DNA of 64,000 nucleotides from Vairimorpha necatrix (Eukaryota). The stretch is taken from assembly GCA_036630325.1 (NCBI GenBank), contig CP142730.1, positions 992,001 to 1,056,000 on the forward strand, given 5' to 3'. Under the pieces are notes generated by a model. It saw only the letters and a list, made by a program, of their open reading frames with translations. It searched no databases and had not been told where the DNA came from. A program made the position numbers and the translations under genes. This document shows positions 13,860-27,162 of this stretch, piece after piece. Position 1 is the stretch's first letter. Each line of letters opens with the position of its first letter.

Positions 13860-14873
13860 TCAAAATCGTCTTAAATCTAGATTATCTTCATTATTACGTC
13901 TTTTATAAATTTTATATCCTAAAAATGTGAAAAAAGTCATTAATATAATACACATAAAAATTAGTAAATAAATTTCGTCGTAATAATTGGTCTTGTTTTC
14001 AAATATAAAATAAATTTCAGTTGAACTGATATCAGTAGTGTTATGTAATTCAAGTTGTGAAAGATTATCTATATAAATAATATCTTTAATGCCAGTATCA
14101 TCGATGTAAATGTCATTTGTTATCATATTATAAGTTTTATCATTGACCACTTCAGTAATATTATTAGATATAGTATTATTTTCAACAGTAAATGTCTCAG
14201 TGATGTTTTTAAAGTCATAATCATTATTTATGCATTGTGCTTTTTGTAGTTGATAATAATTATTTTTTATATCTTCATATAAAAGTTTTATTCCATTTGT
14301 CCCATAGCATGTTTTATAATGTATAAATAAGTCTTTACAATACTTATAAACAAGTGAAGGAAGATTATTACTTTTTTCACTCTCTATGTAACACATATTT
14401 TCAATAATTATTTTTTTAATGGCATCTGTGGTTGAATTTGAATTATTAATAATATCTTTATAACATATAAGTAATAAATTATAGTATTCTATTGACGAAT
14501 ACGTAACTTCATCAATAAAATTTTTTTCATTCTTTGTAAGTTGATTGAATGATGTATAGTTTGAACCTTTTAAATCGAAGTATTCTAAATATGCATTCCT
14601 TAGTAAATCACTTCTATTTGCAAAACTTTTTTGTGAATTATCCTTTTCTGTCATTTTTTTAAAAATATCATGTCCAGTTATTGTGTCCCAAATAAGCTTA
14701 CCTAAACTACGAAATGCTTCGAAAGTTTTATTGTTTTTTTGAAATCTATTCTCAAATATATTACAAATTTTTTCACTATTTACAATGATGTCTAGCATAT
14801 TATCTTCACTAACATTTGTTTTTGTAGCGCTTATAAATAATAAGAAAATATAAATAAAAAATAAAGTTTTCAT
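13860..14873 (-). CDS. 6-Cys type I membrane family member A4 (337 aa)
   Basis: CCCCTTAA-ATG start. Signal peptide, ICNIFENRF, IWDTITGHDIF, ICYKD, NMCYIE, LPSLVYKYC, TCYG, AQC, stalk, TM helix. Confidence 0.92.
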   Translation of the reverse strand: MKTLFFIYIFLLFISATKTNVSEDNMLDIIVNSEKICNIFENRFQKNNKTFEAFRSLGKLIWDTITGHDIFKKMTEKDNSQKSFANRSDLLRNAYLEYFDLKGSNYTSFNQLTKNEKNFIDEVTYSSIEYYNLLLICYKDIINNSNSTTDAIKKIIIENMCYIESEKSNNLPSLVYKYCKDLFIHYKTCYGTNGIKLLYEDIKNNYYQLQKAQCINNDYDFKNITETFTVENNTISNNITEVVNDKTYNMITNDIYIDDTGIKDIIYIDNLSQLELHNTTDISSTEIYFIFENKTNYYDEIYLLIFMCIILMTFFTFLGYKIYKRRNNEDNLDLRRF

Positions 14874-16843
14874 TTAAGGGGACTAATGTTTTACTAAATA
14901 AATATATCAAAAAAATTTAATTAAAAATGTACATTTGTATAAAGGTTTTGTATAACTTGATTCTTTTTTGATTTGTCGATTATATGTTAGAAAAGTTGTT
15001 GTTTAATATATCATTGTTCTAATAACGATTTAAAATATTATTGATAACGTGAAAAGAGAGAAACAAAGGAATTGTTTATGGCAAAATCGTCTTTTTATAC
15101 TTACTATGTTTTGATCAGAGTTTTTATTGAAAACCGACGACGTGTCGATTGATAAAGAAAGTTTAAACTTTAAATATAAATGTTTGTTTTATAGTATTTA
15201 TCTCCCATATAAAAGTGTTAAACGTATATAGACATATGTGTCTATGTTAGTACCACAACATTACCCTCCAATTCTTGTTTTATTGATAAATAATCTTTTT
15301 TTAGTTGTATATGATCAATAAATAACATAAGCTAATGATGCAAATATTGTCTTGCACTTTTAATAATAGAAAAAAAATCTGAATCGTTAATTATTATAAA
15401 AAAAATATTTAAGAATATAAAATACTTGTTTTCTTATATAATTAAAGCTTTAATGACGCATTTTTAAATAATTTAGATAATACAGGAAATAAGAATTAAA
15501 ACCAATTTATATTTCAACATAATTATTTTTTGTTTTTAAAAAAAATATCATACTATAAATTAATTTTTATAGAATTTTCTTTACTTTCATTGTATTGATA
15601 GCCCGAAAACTATGATTTTAGAAATTACATAATCTGTACGAGTTTATATCTGTTTTTCACGCTCGAAAATTTCTATTTAAATCGTATTTTGACTATTTTT
15701 GATGAAAATTTGTAAGCTATTGTGCATTTTGATTTATATTTTATTATTTAATTTAAATCTTTATTTCACTATTATATCAATATGGGTTATAAAAAAGATA
15801 TGATTTTATGATCTTATATATTAATATCTATATATTTTTGATCAATATTAATTCAATAGAAAGTTATAATAAGTATTAAAAACGTAGGTTTTATGTTCAA
15901 TTTAAAAACTTTCAGAAATCAAGTGGTTATGGCTAATTACGGCTAAACAATGTAAACTAAGATTCGTACTTTAAAACATTATAGGTTCTATGTTGATTAA
16001 TTCATATTTACATCTATATGTCATTAAACACTAATTATTTGTTTTTTAAGTCAAAAAGATATTATTTTAAAATTTTTTGTAAACAATTTAAATGTCTAAT
16101 TGGATATTTATTACAAAACTTGTGTAGATTTACTTAAAATGTAAATTAGATGTAAGTGAGTCTGTGTAAAGTTTAAAGACAAAAGCATAAAGAATTTATT
16201 ATTGATTTATATAGACAGGATGGTATTGTTTTTTTTGTCAGTTTAATTATTGAATACGCTAATTATTAAAATACGTTTTATGTGACAACATTATTTGTGA
16301 AGATATAAAAATGATATAAATAATAAATGTAAAAATATATTTTCATGTTTTTTGAGAGTATTTCCAAATAAAGTAATAAAAACCTATTGCACTTAATATT
16401 AAATTGTAAAAAAAAAGTAGATCTGACAAACACAACCCAAATACGACTCCATTATGCAGTCTATAAATAAATATAAAATTATATAATACTTTAAAAGTAT
16501 TTCAAAGTATGGTCATCAATAAATACATAATAAGTAATTACTGATTAGATCAAAAAAAATTAAGACATTTAATTCTGGACCTTCATCTTTTAAACATCAT
16601 AAATTAGATAATTCATTAATAAAAACAAAAACATGTTCATAATAAGAACAAAATCTGAATTTATATATTTTTATGAGTGAAAGCAATTTTAATATTAGAA
16701 CAATTATAATAAACGAACTTACTTGAAAAAAAAATGAGCGCCATTTAACATAGAAAATTATGGTTTCGACATATATACATTTTATTAATCGACAAATGGT
16801 GATGATTTACATCAGTATCGATTATTATCAATAAATACTTAAA

Positions 16844-17725
16844 TTAAATGGGGCTGGTATGGCTCTTGTTTTTAATATTATATTTCTTAGACTTTTTTAT
16901 GTATCTTAACCCAAGAAACATAAATATTAAACCAGTCAACATTAAAATGATGATAAAAATAGACATACTACTCCATAAATTTGCTGTTTCTTCTTCTTCT
17001 TTAATATTAAATAAATGTTCAAAATTTATATGCTCAAGTACATCACTTACATTAGTATTTTCCATGCCAATTATTTTGAAATTAATATCATCATATGGAC
17101 ATTCTGCAATATACAATTGGTCTTCGTTGTAAATAAGATTGCTTAATTCTTTTCTATCACAATTTGTGTAGTGTCCAATAAGATCTCCGCAACTTTTAAA
17201 GAAAAAAGAAGGAATGTTTCTCTGTATTCCGTTTTTTATATAGCACGTGTTAATACTAATTATATTTTCAAGCGAATCTTTAGTATAGTTAGTACTATTT
17301 AACACATCCTTAAAACAAATACGCAATATGTCATAATATTCTGTTGTACTGTTTATAAGTTCTTGAATAAATTTTTTTTCAAATGTAGTAAAGGAATTTG
17401 ACAAATCGCTGTCTACATCTTTATTCAAAATCAAGTCTATATATCCTTGCCATAATTTTGTCTTTTTGTTGTTAAAACTATTTATAGAAGTATCAGTTTT
17501 AATCATTCTCTTGAAGATATCATGGTTTGTAATTATATTCCACACCATTTCGCAAAGAATTCTAATATTATTCTCTGACAGACTTTTTTCTTGAATTCTT
17601 TTTTCCAGGGAATCACATGGTTCTTCGTTGTATATAATAGAATTTATCAAATCAATATATTTTTTATTAGATTCTACATTAATTGTCGTACTTAGTACTA
17701 ATTGAATTAAAAATAACGACCACAT
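16844..17725 (-). CDS. 6-Cys type I membrane family member A5 (293 aa)
   Basis: Start moved to CCCCAA-ATG (MWSLFLIQLVLS...). PCDSLEKRI, VWNIITNHDIF, ICFKD, NTCYIK, IPSFFFKSC, AECP, TM helix. Confidence 0.9.
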   Translation of the reverse strand: MWSLFLIQLVLSTTINVESNKKYIDLINSIIYNEEPCDSLEKRIQEKSLSENNIRILCEMVWNIITNHDIFKRMIKTDTSINSFNNKKTKLWQGYIDLILNKDVDSDLSNSFTTFEKKFIQELINSTTEYYDILRICFKDVLNSTNYTKDSLENIISINTCYIKNGIQRNIPSFFFKSCGDLIGHYTNCDRKELSNLIYNEDQLYIAECPYDDINFKIIGMENTNVSDVLEHINFEHLFNIKEEEETANLWSSMSIFIIILMLTGLIFMFLGLRYIKKSKKYNIKNKSHTSPI

Positions 17726-18764
17726 TTGGGGCAATATATTTTTTATGTTTTTATACCACAATATGCTAAATTAAGTTTTTAAAAAGTGATTTGTTTGAGA
17801 TAAAATTAAAATTTATAAAGCTTTTTTCTGATCTTATATGAGTTATCAATATCAAATACAATATTTAAGATATTAATAATTGACGTTTAATCGAAAAAGA
17901 CTTGAGAATAAAACATTATTAGGACGGTAAAAAAAACTAATTCCTTCACTTAACATACATTTTTTTTTATTATTGAAGCATTGGTAGTTGTGTAATTGTG
18001 ATTAGCATAAAAACATTGTTTAAGTTTTAAAAAAATTTGCATTTGAAAAGTTTTATAATTTATATAACTTGTTGTCTTAGATCCTTTAAAAACAATAAGA
18101 TATTAAAATGGCAATGATTCGTTGTTCGTTACTTAAATTTTCACACAAAATACTAAAAAGCATTTTATGATAGAAAATGTTGTTGTTTATTTTGACAACA
18201 AATTTTTTTTATCGTTATTACTATGTAATATGTATTAAATTACGAATATAATCTTAAACTTCATTTTGAAGTTTCGATTTCAATTTTATCTTTGTCAGAT
18301 GTATCTTTGGATTTTGCAAATAATTAAACTTGCGAACAACGAATCTATATAAAATTTTTTAAAAATTGCAATGAAATTCTGCATTTTAAAAAAAAATGTG
18401 TATTAAATTAAAACATCATAATTAAGTAGATTTTACATATGGATACAAATTTTTTTCAATTTTTTGTTTTCTCAAAATTGATATTAATCCTTTTGGATTT
18501 CATAATCTGCCTTTATATTTCAAAATATTCTCGTATTTTTTTCTCCTATAAAGTTCATTGTGCATATGTATTTTCAGCCATCATTAATACTTTGAGAACA
18601 ATACCGTTTATTTATAATAATAAAAAATTAATCGAAAAATATATAATCTCAAATTTTTATTCTTGTTAAATACTCATAAATTTTAATGAATAAAAATATT
18701 TATTAAAATGATATATTTAAAAAATCATGCTTTTATTCGTTTAAAGGAATTGAAACTAATTCCA

Positions 18765-19595
18765 TTAAATCATCGGATCTTTCAATAGTGTTCGTTCTGT
18801 TGTTCTTGTAACTCTCCATCTAGACCAGAAAAAACCTATTAAGAAAATAAAAGCTAAAATTAAGTAAATAGATACCATTACGATAATTATATCCTCTGTA
18901 ATTTTATTAGTATATTCGATAAATTCTCTCGTATTTCGATCATCAATAATACATTTGTATTTTAATAACTCATTTTCGTTATATTTTAAATAATTACTAA
19001 GATATTCCATGCCATTTTCTCCAAAACATTCCTGGTAATTCGGAATAAACCCATCACATAGTTTATAAACTACAGAGGGCAGATTTTCATTAATGCCATT
19101 AGCTATAAAACATGTGTTTTCCGTAATAATTTTTTCAATAATTTCTAAAGCAGACGTTTCATTGTGAACTGTTCCCTGAAAACAATGATGTAATGTTATA
19201 AAAAGGTTATAAGTATTGGTTATAATTTCATTTAAAAAGTTCTGTTCACCTTCTGAAAAAATTTCAAAAAAATTGGTAGTATGAGTTTCTGTATTCATTA
19301 AATCTAAATATCCTAATTTCATAATAGAGCTTCTGTTAGCAAAACTGTTTTCTGATGTATCGTTTTGTGTTATATTTTTAAAAACTGTATTACTTGTTAT
19401 CGTATTCCATACAACTTCTCCAAGAATTCGTACATTATCAAATGCCAGATTTTTTTCATATTTATCTCTTTCAATAGAATTACAAATTTTATCACTGTTA
19501 ATAATCTCTTTTAAAGCATTTTCAACGACATTACTACATTTTGAAAAAAATGTCATAAACATGATCAATTGATAGAAAATGTTTAACTGTTGCAT
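18765..19595 (-). CDS. 6-Cys type I membrane family member A6 (276 aa, minimal stalk)
   Basis: Signal peptide, ICNSIE, VWNTITSNTVF, HCFQG, NTCFIA, LPSVVYKLC, ECFG, YKC, TM helix. Upstream motif is ACCGTCA rather than CCC. Confidence 0.9.
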   Translation of the reverse strand: MQQLNIFYQLIMFMTFFSKCSNVVENALKEIINSDKICNSIERDKYEKNLAFDNVRILGEVVWNTITSNTVFKNITQNDTSENSFANRSSIMKLGYLDLMNTETHTTNFFEIFSEGEQNFLNEIITNTYNLFITLHHCFQGTVHNETSALEIIEKIITENTCFIANGINENLPSVVYKLCDGFIPNYQECFGENGMEYLSNYLKYNENELLKYKCIIDDRNTREFIEYTNKITEDIIIVMVSIYLILAFIFLIGFFWSRWRVTRTTERTLLKDPMI

Positions 19596-22500
19596 TGACG
19601 GTAATATTAAAAAAAAAATTTATACAAAAATAGCTATATTCTTATTAAAATTGAATTGTAACATTTTCGCCGTCTAACCTTATGTAAAAGCAAAGTAAAA
19701 TTTTATTCGATGTTTATTAATTGATTTAAATAAGTATATTAAATTTTGGCATCTTATAAGGATATTTGAAATTTACAAAATACGGACTTAAAATGCAAAG
19801 CCTACAAAAATTAGCTTTATTTAGCTCACTTTACAAAACATAAGACTTAAAATTCTCGATTTTTTCGCAAAAGATATTGTTATTGTAATATAAGAAAAAA
19901 TAGAACCATTTACAATAATAAATGTAATTTGAAAAATTATAGTGAATATATAAATTCTGTGTAAAAAAATTCCAATCTAATATATCCTATCGAATTTTTC
20001 GACTAACTTAACAGACCATATAGATAAATAAGTAAATGAATCTAATTAACAAAAAAAAAATCCAAATTTGAAATTTTTTTAGTTATGTTATGATATACAT
20101 ATGGTTTTAAGTATTATCTGGCTTGCAATATAACTATATATGATGTTTCTTTTGAAAATAAGAAATATTATAATTGACGTACAAGTAAATCATTTTATAA
20201 TCTGTGGAAGATAAATTAAATTAAAACATAACTATGCTTTGTATGCCAATCATATACGATCTTGTTAAAAAAAGACAAGTTTCTAATTAAAAAAAAATGA
20301 CACTAATTAGACGGTAAATATCACCTTAAATGAGAATAACAAAATATATTAGACGGCTAAAAACAAGCGCGTGTCTATTTTTAATTATGAAGAACATCAT
20401 ATAAAGAATATACTAATTAATCCGAAATAAATGTGTTGTTTCTTTAAAATCATTTCATAATTTGTGGTTAAATTTTTTTTTATTAGAAAGAATAAAAAAG
20501 AAGCTATTGCACCTGATATCTGCAAATGTATATGAAAATTAATAAGTAAGACTAAAAAATAATTTTATATTTACTATAGCTATAATTTACATATATATTC
20601 AGGTTTAGAACGTATTTACTTATTTTGAATTTTGTCCTATAGTTATATGTAAGTAGCTAAATACTTTGGTTTGTTTTTTATAAAATTCGATGACAAACAT
20701 ATTTGTTTAAAATTAATATAAAAGAAGTACTACAAATATATATAATATTTCATTTATAATAACAAAGTTCTTGATTAAATTAAAAGATAAATTGAGCATT
20801 CCAAACCACAATGAAAATTTTTCTATGCACTATAAACTTTTCTAAATATATAAAACTATACATAGAATCAATTATTGTCAATTTTCACTCATAATCTATT
20901 TATTGTTGTCTTGTATAAAAAATATATGTTTATTTGATTAAACTAAAACTTTGAGACGTAATTCTCATATAGTTTGCTTAAATTTAATTGTTAAATTGTT
21001 GAATACAAAAGTTAAATTGGCACTTTTTATACATCATTGATAATTTTTATTTAATCTTTTATTAGTTCGTTCTTCTAAAAAAATTGTATTTTACACAGTT
21101 AATTGTCAGTATTTATAGAGCATTTGACATACTTTTTGTGCATACGTTATAGATGTTTAAGCTTATTTTTAATATTTCATATCATTGAAATATTTTGCCT
21201 AAACAATATTTATAATTTAAGCTTAGACTAAAAAAAAACCCACCAATATCTAATCTAGTAGAATATGTTTAATTCATAAGCGTACCTCAAAATATATAAA
21301 ACTGTACTTTAAACGCGCGGTATTACATATGTGATTAAAAAATACTGAGAATTGTATTTTAAACATTTTTTATTTTGGAAGAAAGAATATCGAATATAGA
21401 TTATGTTGTCGAGCTACATAAAGAAAATTTATGATTTTACAATTATAAAGATTTTCAAATTTTACAATATTGATGTTTCTAGAAATATACATTTGCACAT
21501 TTATGATTCAGAAAAATACATAAAAGAAAAGTTATAGATTGTTACAATTTATAAAACGCTAAAATTGAAATTTTAATATTTTTATATGTTGTTTTCATAT
21601 AATAATCTAAAATTTATCTTTCTTGATATTTTTTACAGCAATTTCATTGATTACTAAAACATTAAATTTAAGTAGATGCTTAAAAAATTCAATTCGAATC
21701 ATATATGAAAACAATTAAAATGTTTTTCGGCGAAGTTTTTAACAAAAGAATGATTTAAACATGTAAGATTGATTTTATAAAGATTCAAGTCGTCATAAAA
21801 ATTTTAGCTAGTCAATTGTTGTACTATTATTTAATAGTTTATAACAAGTAAAAATTTTAAAATGTAAATTAGTGGGTATTACCAGAACCATCATAGTTCA
21901 CTTAATAATTATCGGCCAATGCACATTCTGTTTATGTTTACTAAAAATCACATAATAATATCTGCATTTTTATACCACAACACATATTTCTTATTAATAA
22001 TTATATTAAATTTAATTGAAATTGTCCTAATATGAGTCTATTCTTGGATTTGATTAGTAATTGGTTTTACTTTAACAAGAGGAGAACACAAAGCGAAATA
22101 AAGCTACGGAGCAAGAGCAAAAATTGATATAAAAAATTCTCTCTTTGTAATAACATATTAAAAATTATACTAGTTGAATTTTTTTCATTTATTACAATAT
22201 AGTATGAATACTATAAAAAAGATATAAATTTAAGAATTAAAATAATTTCGGAGATAGATTCTCAAGATTTTCAAAAAAAAAAAGATAATTTTCCCAAAGA
22301 CATTTTAAATCTAATAACCGAAGTTTATTAATCTTTTTATCTCTATGCTTCTGATTAAAACAGAGGTCTTCTAATAACTAATATTAATAGATAATAAACA
22401 AACGGCAACATATCTAAACAAATTTTAACAAAGATAAACATACTTAAGATTCAATGAAATATAAAGTCAGAAAATATTTTATATTCTAATAATGCCCTAT

Positions 22501-22708
22501 CGATATATTTGTTGATTCTGTGTTGTAAGCAATTATTAAAAATTTGGAGTTTTTTTGGCCTTACATCAATATTAAAAAAATATTTATATAGATGTAAGAT
22601 AGTTGGGCATATAAAATAGAATGTCTGCTTAATATTTTTAGAGTATTCTCATAGGATGATAAATTTTTGAGTAAAATTTTTATATCTCGTATTATATATT
22701 ATTTCGAT

Positions 22709-23650
22709 TTATGTTTTAGAATATTGTATTTTTTTCTTTTTTAGATTATATAATTTCGTTAAATTATCCAAATATAAACAAATTCTAACCCATACAAAAT
22801 CGCTAATTTTCCATTCTCGTTTTTTTCTTGCATTTAAAATTGTTATTGTTGTTTTATTAAGTTTTTCTTTTAAATTATCACTACACATATCTTCTGCTTG
22901 TTTTTTTGCAGATGCAAATGGTTCTTTGAAATATTCTTCAATATTTTCATTGATTTCTGTATCATAAAATCTCGCAACAAATGTAACTAAAAGAGAGTAA
23001 ATGAATACGTATTCCTGTTCTAAAACGTTTAAACATTTATTTATTCCATTTTCTTGTAAAAATACAATCGTGTTTATTGAAGACATAAAACTATCAGATC
23101 TTGCTTTATTTAACTGTATATTGGTCGCCTTTTCATTTAAGTCTAGCCAGCTAGTTCTAAAAGTAGAGTATACTTTTAGTGCTATCAGTATATTTATATA
23201 TTGTTCCTTTTTTAGTCCTTTTCCAATTTGTCTTAAACATTCCACGCCATTGTCAATGTTAAGTTTATCAATATATTTATCATTTATTGTAACATTATTA
23301 ATTTTTTGAGCTTCAATTTTATCCTTTACAAATGAAGAACTTATGTCTTTTGTGACTTCTTTGTTTTTTGCAAATGAAGAACTTATGTCTTTTGGAGATG
23401 ACGGTATAACACCTTTCTCTTCATGAGGAGGTGAAATAATTTCAATTTCTTCAGAAGAATGAGAATCTTCATCTTTGAATGGATAGGAATCACTGTCATC
23501 AGAAGTTGTAATATTGGTTTCTTTTAAAAATGAAGATTCATTTTCATTTATAGAAGAAGAATCATTGTTTTTACGTGAAAATATGAGATATAAGAAGATC
23601 ACTGTACTTATTGTAATTATAAAATAAACGCTTATAGTTTTCTTGTTCAT
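22709..23650 (-). CDS. Hypothetical N-terminally anchored (type II-like) membrane protein, unrelated to the array family
   Basis: CCCCCCA-ATG start. N-terminal hydrophobic helix, Ser/Asp/Glu-rich linker with duplicated KDISSSF, ~180-aa C-terminal domain. None of the array motifs. Confidence 0.8.
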   Translation of the reverse strand: MNKKTISVYFIITISTVIFLYLIFSRKNNDSSSINENESSFLKETNITTSDDSDSYPFKDEDSHSSEEIEIISPPHEEKGVIPSSPKDISSSFAKNKEVTKDISSSFVKDKIEAQKINNVTINDKYIDKLNIDNGVECLRQIGKGLKKEQYINILIALKVYSTFRTSWLDLNEKATNIQLNKARSDSFMSSINTIVFLQENGINKCLNVLEQEYVFIYSLLVTFVARFYDTEINENIEEYFKEPFASAKKQAEDMCSDNLKEKLNKTTITILNARKKREWKISDFVWVRICLYLDNLTKLYNLKKKKIQYSKT

Positions 23651-23846
23651 TGGGGGGTGTAAATGGAGAAAATTTCATGATAAAGGAGGCTTGCATCTAT
23701 TGGTCAAGTAAAAAGGAACATTAGCCATAATGAATAAGGAGAAAGACTAATCTTAAAATCTAAATTTATTAAAAAAGTAAATTTTAAGAATACTGAACAC
23801 ATATTTTGTCATTCAGCGAAAATGCAAAGACTTAAAATCACATGAG

Positions 23847-23888
23847 ATTAATGAATACTGTTAAAGATAATTGTAAGTTAAGGGTTAA
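23847..23888 (-). repeat. piggyBac-like terminus (...GATAATTGTAAGTTAAGGG|TTAA), right member of inverted pair
   Basis: Reverse complement matches 5453-5494. Confidence 0.7.
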
Positions 23889-26262
23889 ATTTATTAAATC
23901 TATATTCTCAACAAATACGATTTACTATTAGGAATAGGAGATTATTGAAAAATTATTTTTTGGTTTTATTTTTTATTTAAACAAATTAACGTTGTTTGGT
24001 ACTATCAAATAAAAAATTAACTAAATGTCTTTTCAATTACTATACGTTTATCTAAATTTTATATCCACAATAAGACAATTTTTGACGTTTTACAACAGTA
24101 TTTTGCATGTTAAAGGGTATTTTCTGTTCGGTTTTATAGTAATATAATTACAAAGTTTAAATTATAATTTTAGAGTAGAAAAAAACCTTTCTCACAATAA
24201 AGGTTTTCATTTATTCTTCATCTTCGTTATTTGAAATTTTATCTTTATAACTCTCTTTCAGTTTTTTGTATGCAAAATTAAATTTTTTTTTATTTTAATA
24301 ATTTATTGATGTTAAGAACTTAATAACATCATTTATAATTATATTTAGTTATAATATGTCCTAAAACAACTTTTTGTCATTTTAGTTATTGTAAATTCAA
24401 ACTTAAACTATTTTTAAAATTTTTCAAATTATTAAAAAAACATCAAAATATTTGAACATTGAAATAGTAAGATGGGGAAATGACAACAATTTTGTGTAAA
24501 CTGTTAAAAAGTTTCCTATTAAGATATAGCTATTTATCATGGAATAAAATCATTCAGAAATTATCATTATTTTTTTTTTCTTCCTCTTTAGGTGTGAATC
24601 AGCTAAATATTCTTTTTTTCAGATAAGAACAACGTTTAAATAAATTTTTTTTGACATACTATATCCTAAACTCAAATTCCCTTTTTTTTATTAACTATAT
24701 GAATGAATTTTTAGTTTAATTGTAAAAACCTAAAATACAATCCCAAGAATTATTTTAAACAATTTAAATAGACTTTTGATCTAAAAAAACAAAATTTAAT
24801 TTCGTTATATATTTGTTAAAATTTTTTTATTTTTCGTAAAAAAACAAAATTTTTAAGAACGGCTCTACCTATATTTTAAAGTTAATATATGTTATTTCAT
24901 AAATAAAACTTTAAGATAAATTCGTGTATAAAAAACTTATTCATACCATCAGAAACTAGTTTTTGAAATAAATTAAATTTGGTGTAAATAATTAAATAAA
25001 TAAAAAATATTAAAAATACATTTTCTATATTTTATCTTTTTGCTCACAATTTTTGACTTTTTTAGTCTATGTTGGGCAAGTTATCAAAAGTTTGTTCTGA
25101 AGGAATATAGTGTTGATAAAAAATCTTTTATTAACATTTTTATAGTGATTTTAAAATATAATAATACCGAGTTAACGTATATATTTATACCGAAAAAATA
25201 CTGTATTATAGTAATCAATATACTTAACATGGTTAAAGCTAAGGATAATATTATAGGTTTCTCAATCAAAAACACTCACATAATTCATTTAAATAAGAGA
25301 ACTGAAATATTACAAAGAAACTTCCTATAGAACCGTATGAGTCTTTACAGTAATTTATGTTTTTAGTCTAAAAATAAAAAAAAAATTTTTGATAAGAAAA
25401 GTGCTAAAGTAAAATTACTAAAGATAAGTGCGTAATTTAAAAGAAAATTTTTATCTAAAAAATATAAGAGCTGTGCGATTTTATTGCTGCGAGATGAGCC
25501 ATAAAAACTTAGTATATGCAATTAAATCTGTATGACTTTTTTTTTAATAAGATGTATTCTTAAAATAAATTGGGTTTAATTTATACAGATAAAACAATAA
25601 ATATGACTAAATGAGATTATAAGTAGTTTTTAGACGCTCTTGTTGCATAATAATGTACAAAAACATCGGAAAATATTAACAGGAAATATAGAAGTTTTCA
25701 AAAAAAAAATACAACAAACTTATATTAATACCACTAAGCCAAATACGTTTTTATATGATTGTGCATGTTTAAATTCCTATGAAACATACAATATATAGAA
25801 CAGAGTCATATATATATATATGAGGGAAAAAATGTTAAATTAAAAAGCACTATATAGTAAAATCAATAAAAAAAGCAATTTAACATTGTATGGGGCAAAA
25901 TGATAAACTAATGTGTATGAAGAAATTATATTTTAAGACTTTTCTAGTTTCATGATATTATACAGATAATGGATATCAGAAGAATATATTTATTCTACCG
26001 CTGCTTCGATACATAATCCAAAAAAAATTATCGAAAAAAATTTACTTGGTTAGATATTTGCATTATTTAGCTATAGTTATAATAAACTTTGAATTTTATG
26101 ATTAGCTGACGAAAAATGTGATAATATTTAAAAATAATATTAAGCTTTTTATCAAATATCATAAAAAGACGCCAAAGTATAAATATTTACAATTTTTTAT
26201 TTATCTACTAATCAAATTATTTTAGTCTAAATATTTAGTGAATAAATAAATTACATTTTGTT

Positions 26263-27162
26263 TTAGGATATATATTCAAAGGATGAGTTTGCTGCTTCGT
26301 CCCATTGCTTTCTATCTCTTTTTTTGTAATATATAAAACCCAAATAGCTAAAAATACAAATAATTACAAAGAACATTAGAATAACAGGCAAAACAATCCA
26401 TAAATAATAACTTGACTCACCAACATCATTGACTTCTGCATTTATAACATTGTTTATATCTTTAAGAGCTGCTGTAAAGTTAGTATTAAAATTTTGTAAT
26501 TCGATATTATGATTATTTAGACACTCGCCTCTATCAAAGACCTCATTATTGTAGTGTATTGCTTTTAAGTTATCGTCTGTTCTTACTGTTTCAGGACATT
26601 GATTATAATATACAGATGCCTTATTACACAATTTATAAACAAATGACGGCAAATGACTACTAATGCCGCCTTTAATAAAACATGTATTTTCTCGTATTAA
26701 AATTTTCATAGCATCTAGAGGAGCCATTGTTTTACTCATTGTATCTTTAAAACAAATACGTAACATATCGTAAAAAACAAAAATGGCACGTAACATTTCA
26801 TCTTTGAATCTTGTTTCATTAACTGTAAGGGCATCAAGATATTTTTCATCTGGTTCTTTTAGAGATAAATTTTCTAAAAAAGCATTTTTTAGTTTAACAC
26901 TTACGTTATTGTAACTAAAATCTGATATGTCATCTTCAATCATTCGCTTGAAAATTTCATGATTAGTTATTGTATTCCAAAAAAAATCAAAAAAGAAACG
27001 GACTTTTTCACGAATAAGAAAATCCGCATTAATTCTACTATCTAATCCTATACATAAATTATCAGTATTAATATAATTGGCTAATATAGCAGCATGTTCT
27101 TCATTGGAATGTATCATGCCCGACAAGAATATGATAGAGTGGATAAAAAATAATGAACGCAT
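26263..27162 (-). CDS. 6-Cys type I membrane family member A7 (299 aa)
   Basis: Start moved to CCCCCCA-ATG (MRSLFFIHSIIFLSG...). LCIGLDSRI, FWNTITNHEIF, ICFKD, NTCFIK, LPSFVYKLC, QCP, GEC, TM helix. Confidence 0.9.
   Translation of the reverse strand: MRSLFFIHSIIFLSGMIHSNEEHAAILANYINTDNLCIGLDSRINADFLIREKVRFFFDFFWNTITNHEIFKRMIEDDISDFSYNNVSVKLKNAFLENLSLKEPDEKYLDALTVNETRFKDEMLRAIFVFYDMLRICFKDTMSKTMAPLDAMKILIRENTCFIKGGISSHLPSFVYKLCNKASVYYNQCPETVRTDDNLKAIHYNNEVFDRGECLNNHNIELQNFNTNFTAALKDINNVINAEVNDVGESSYYLWIVLPVILMFFVIICIFSYLGFIYYKKRDRKQWDEAANSSFEYIS

Noticed and set aside
24225-24275. ~45-bp resemblance to the 5' coding region of A3 (~12143-12185)
   Set aside because: Too short and AT-rich to call a paralogue fragment without an alignment statistic.
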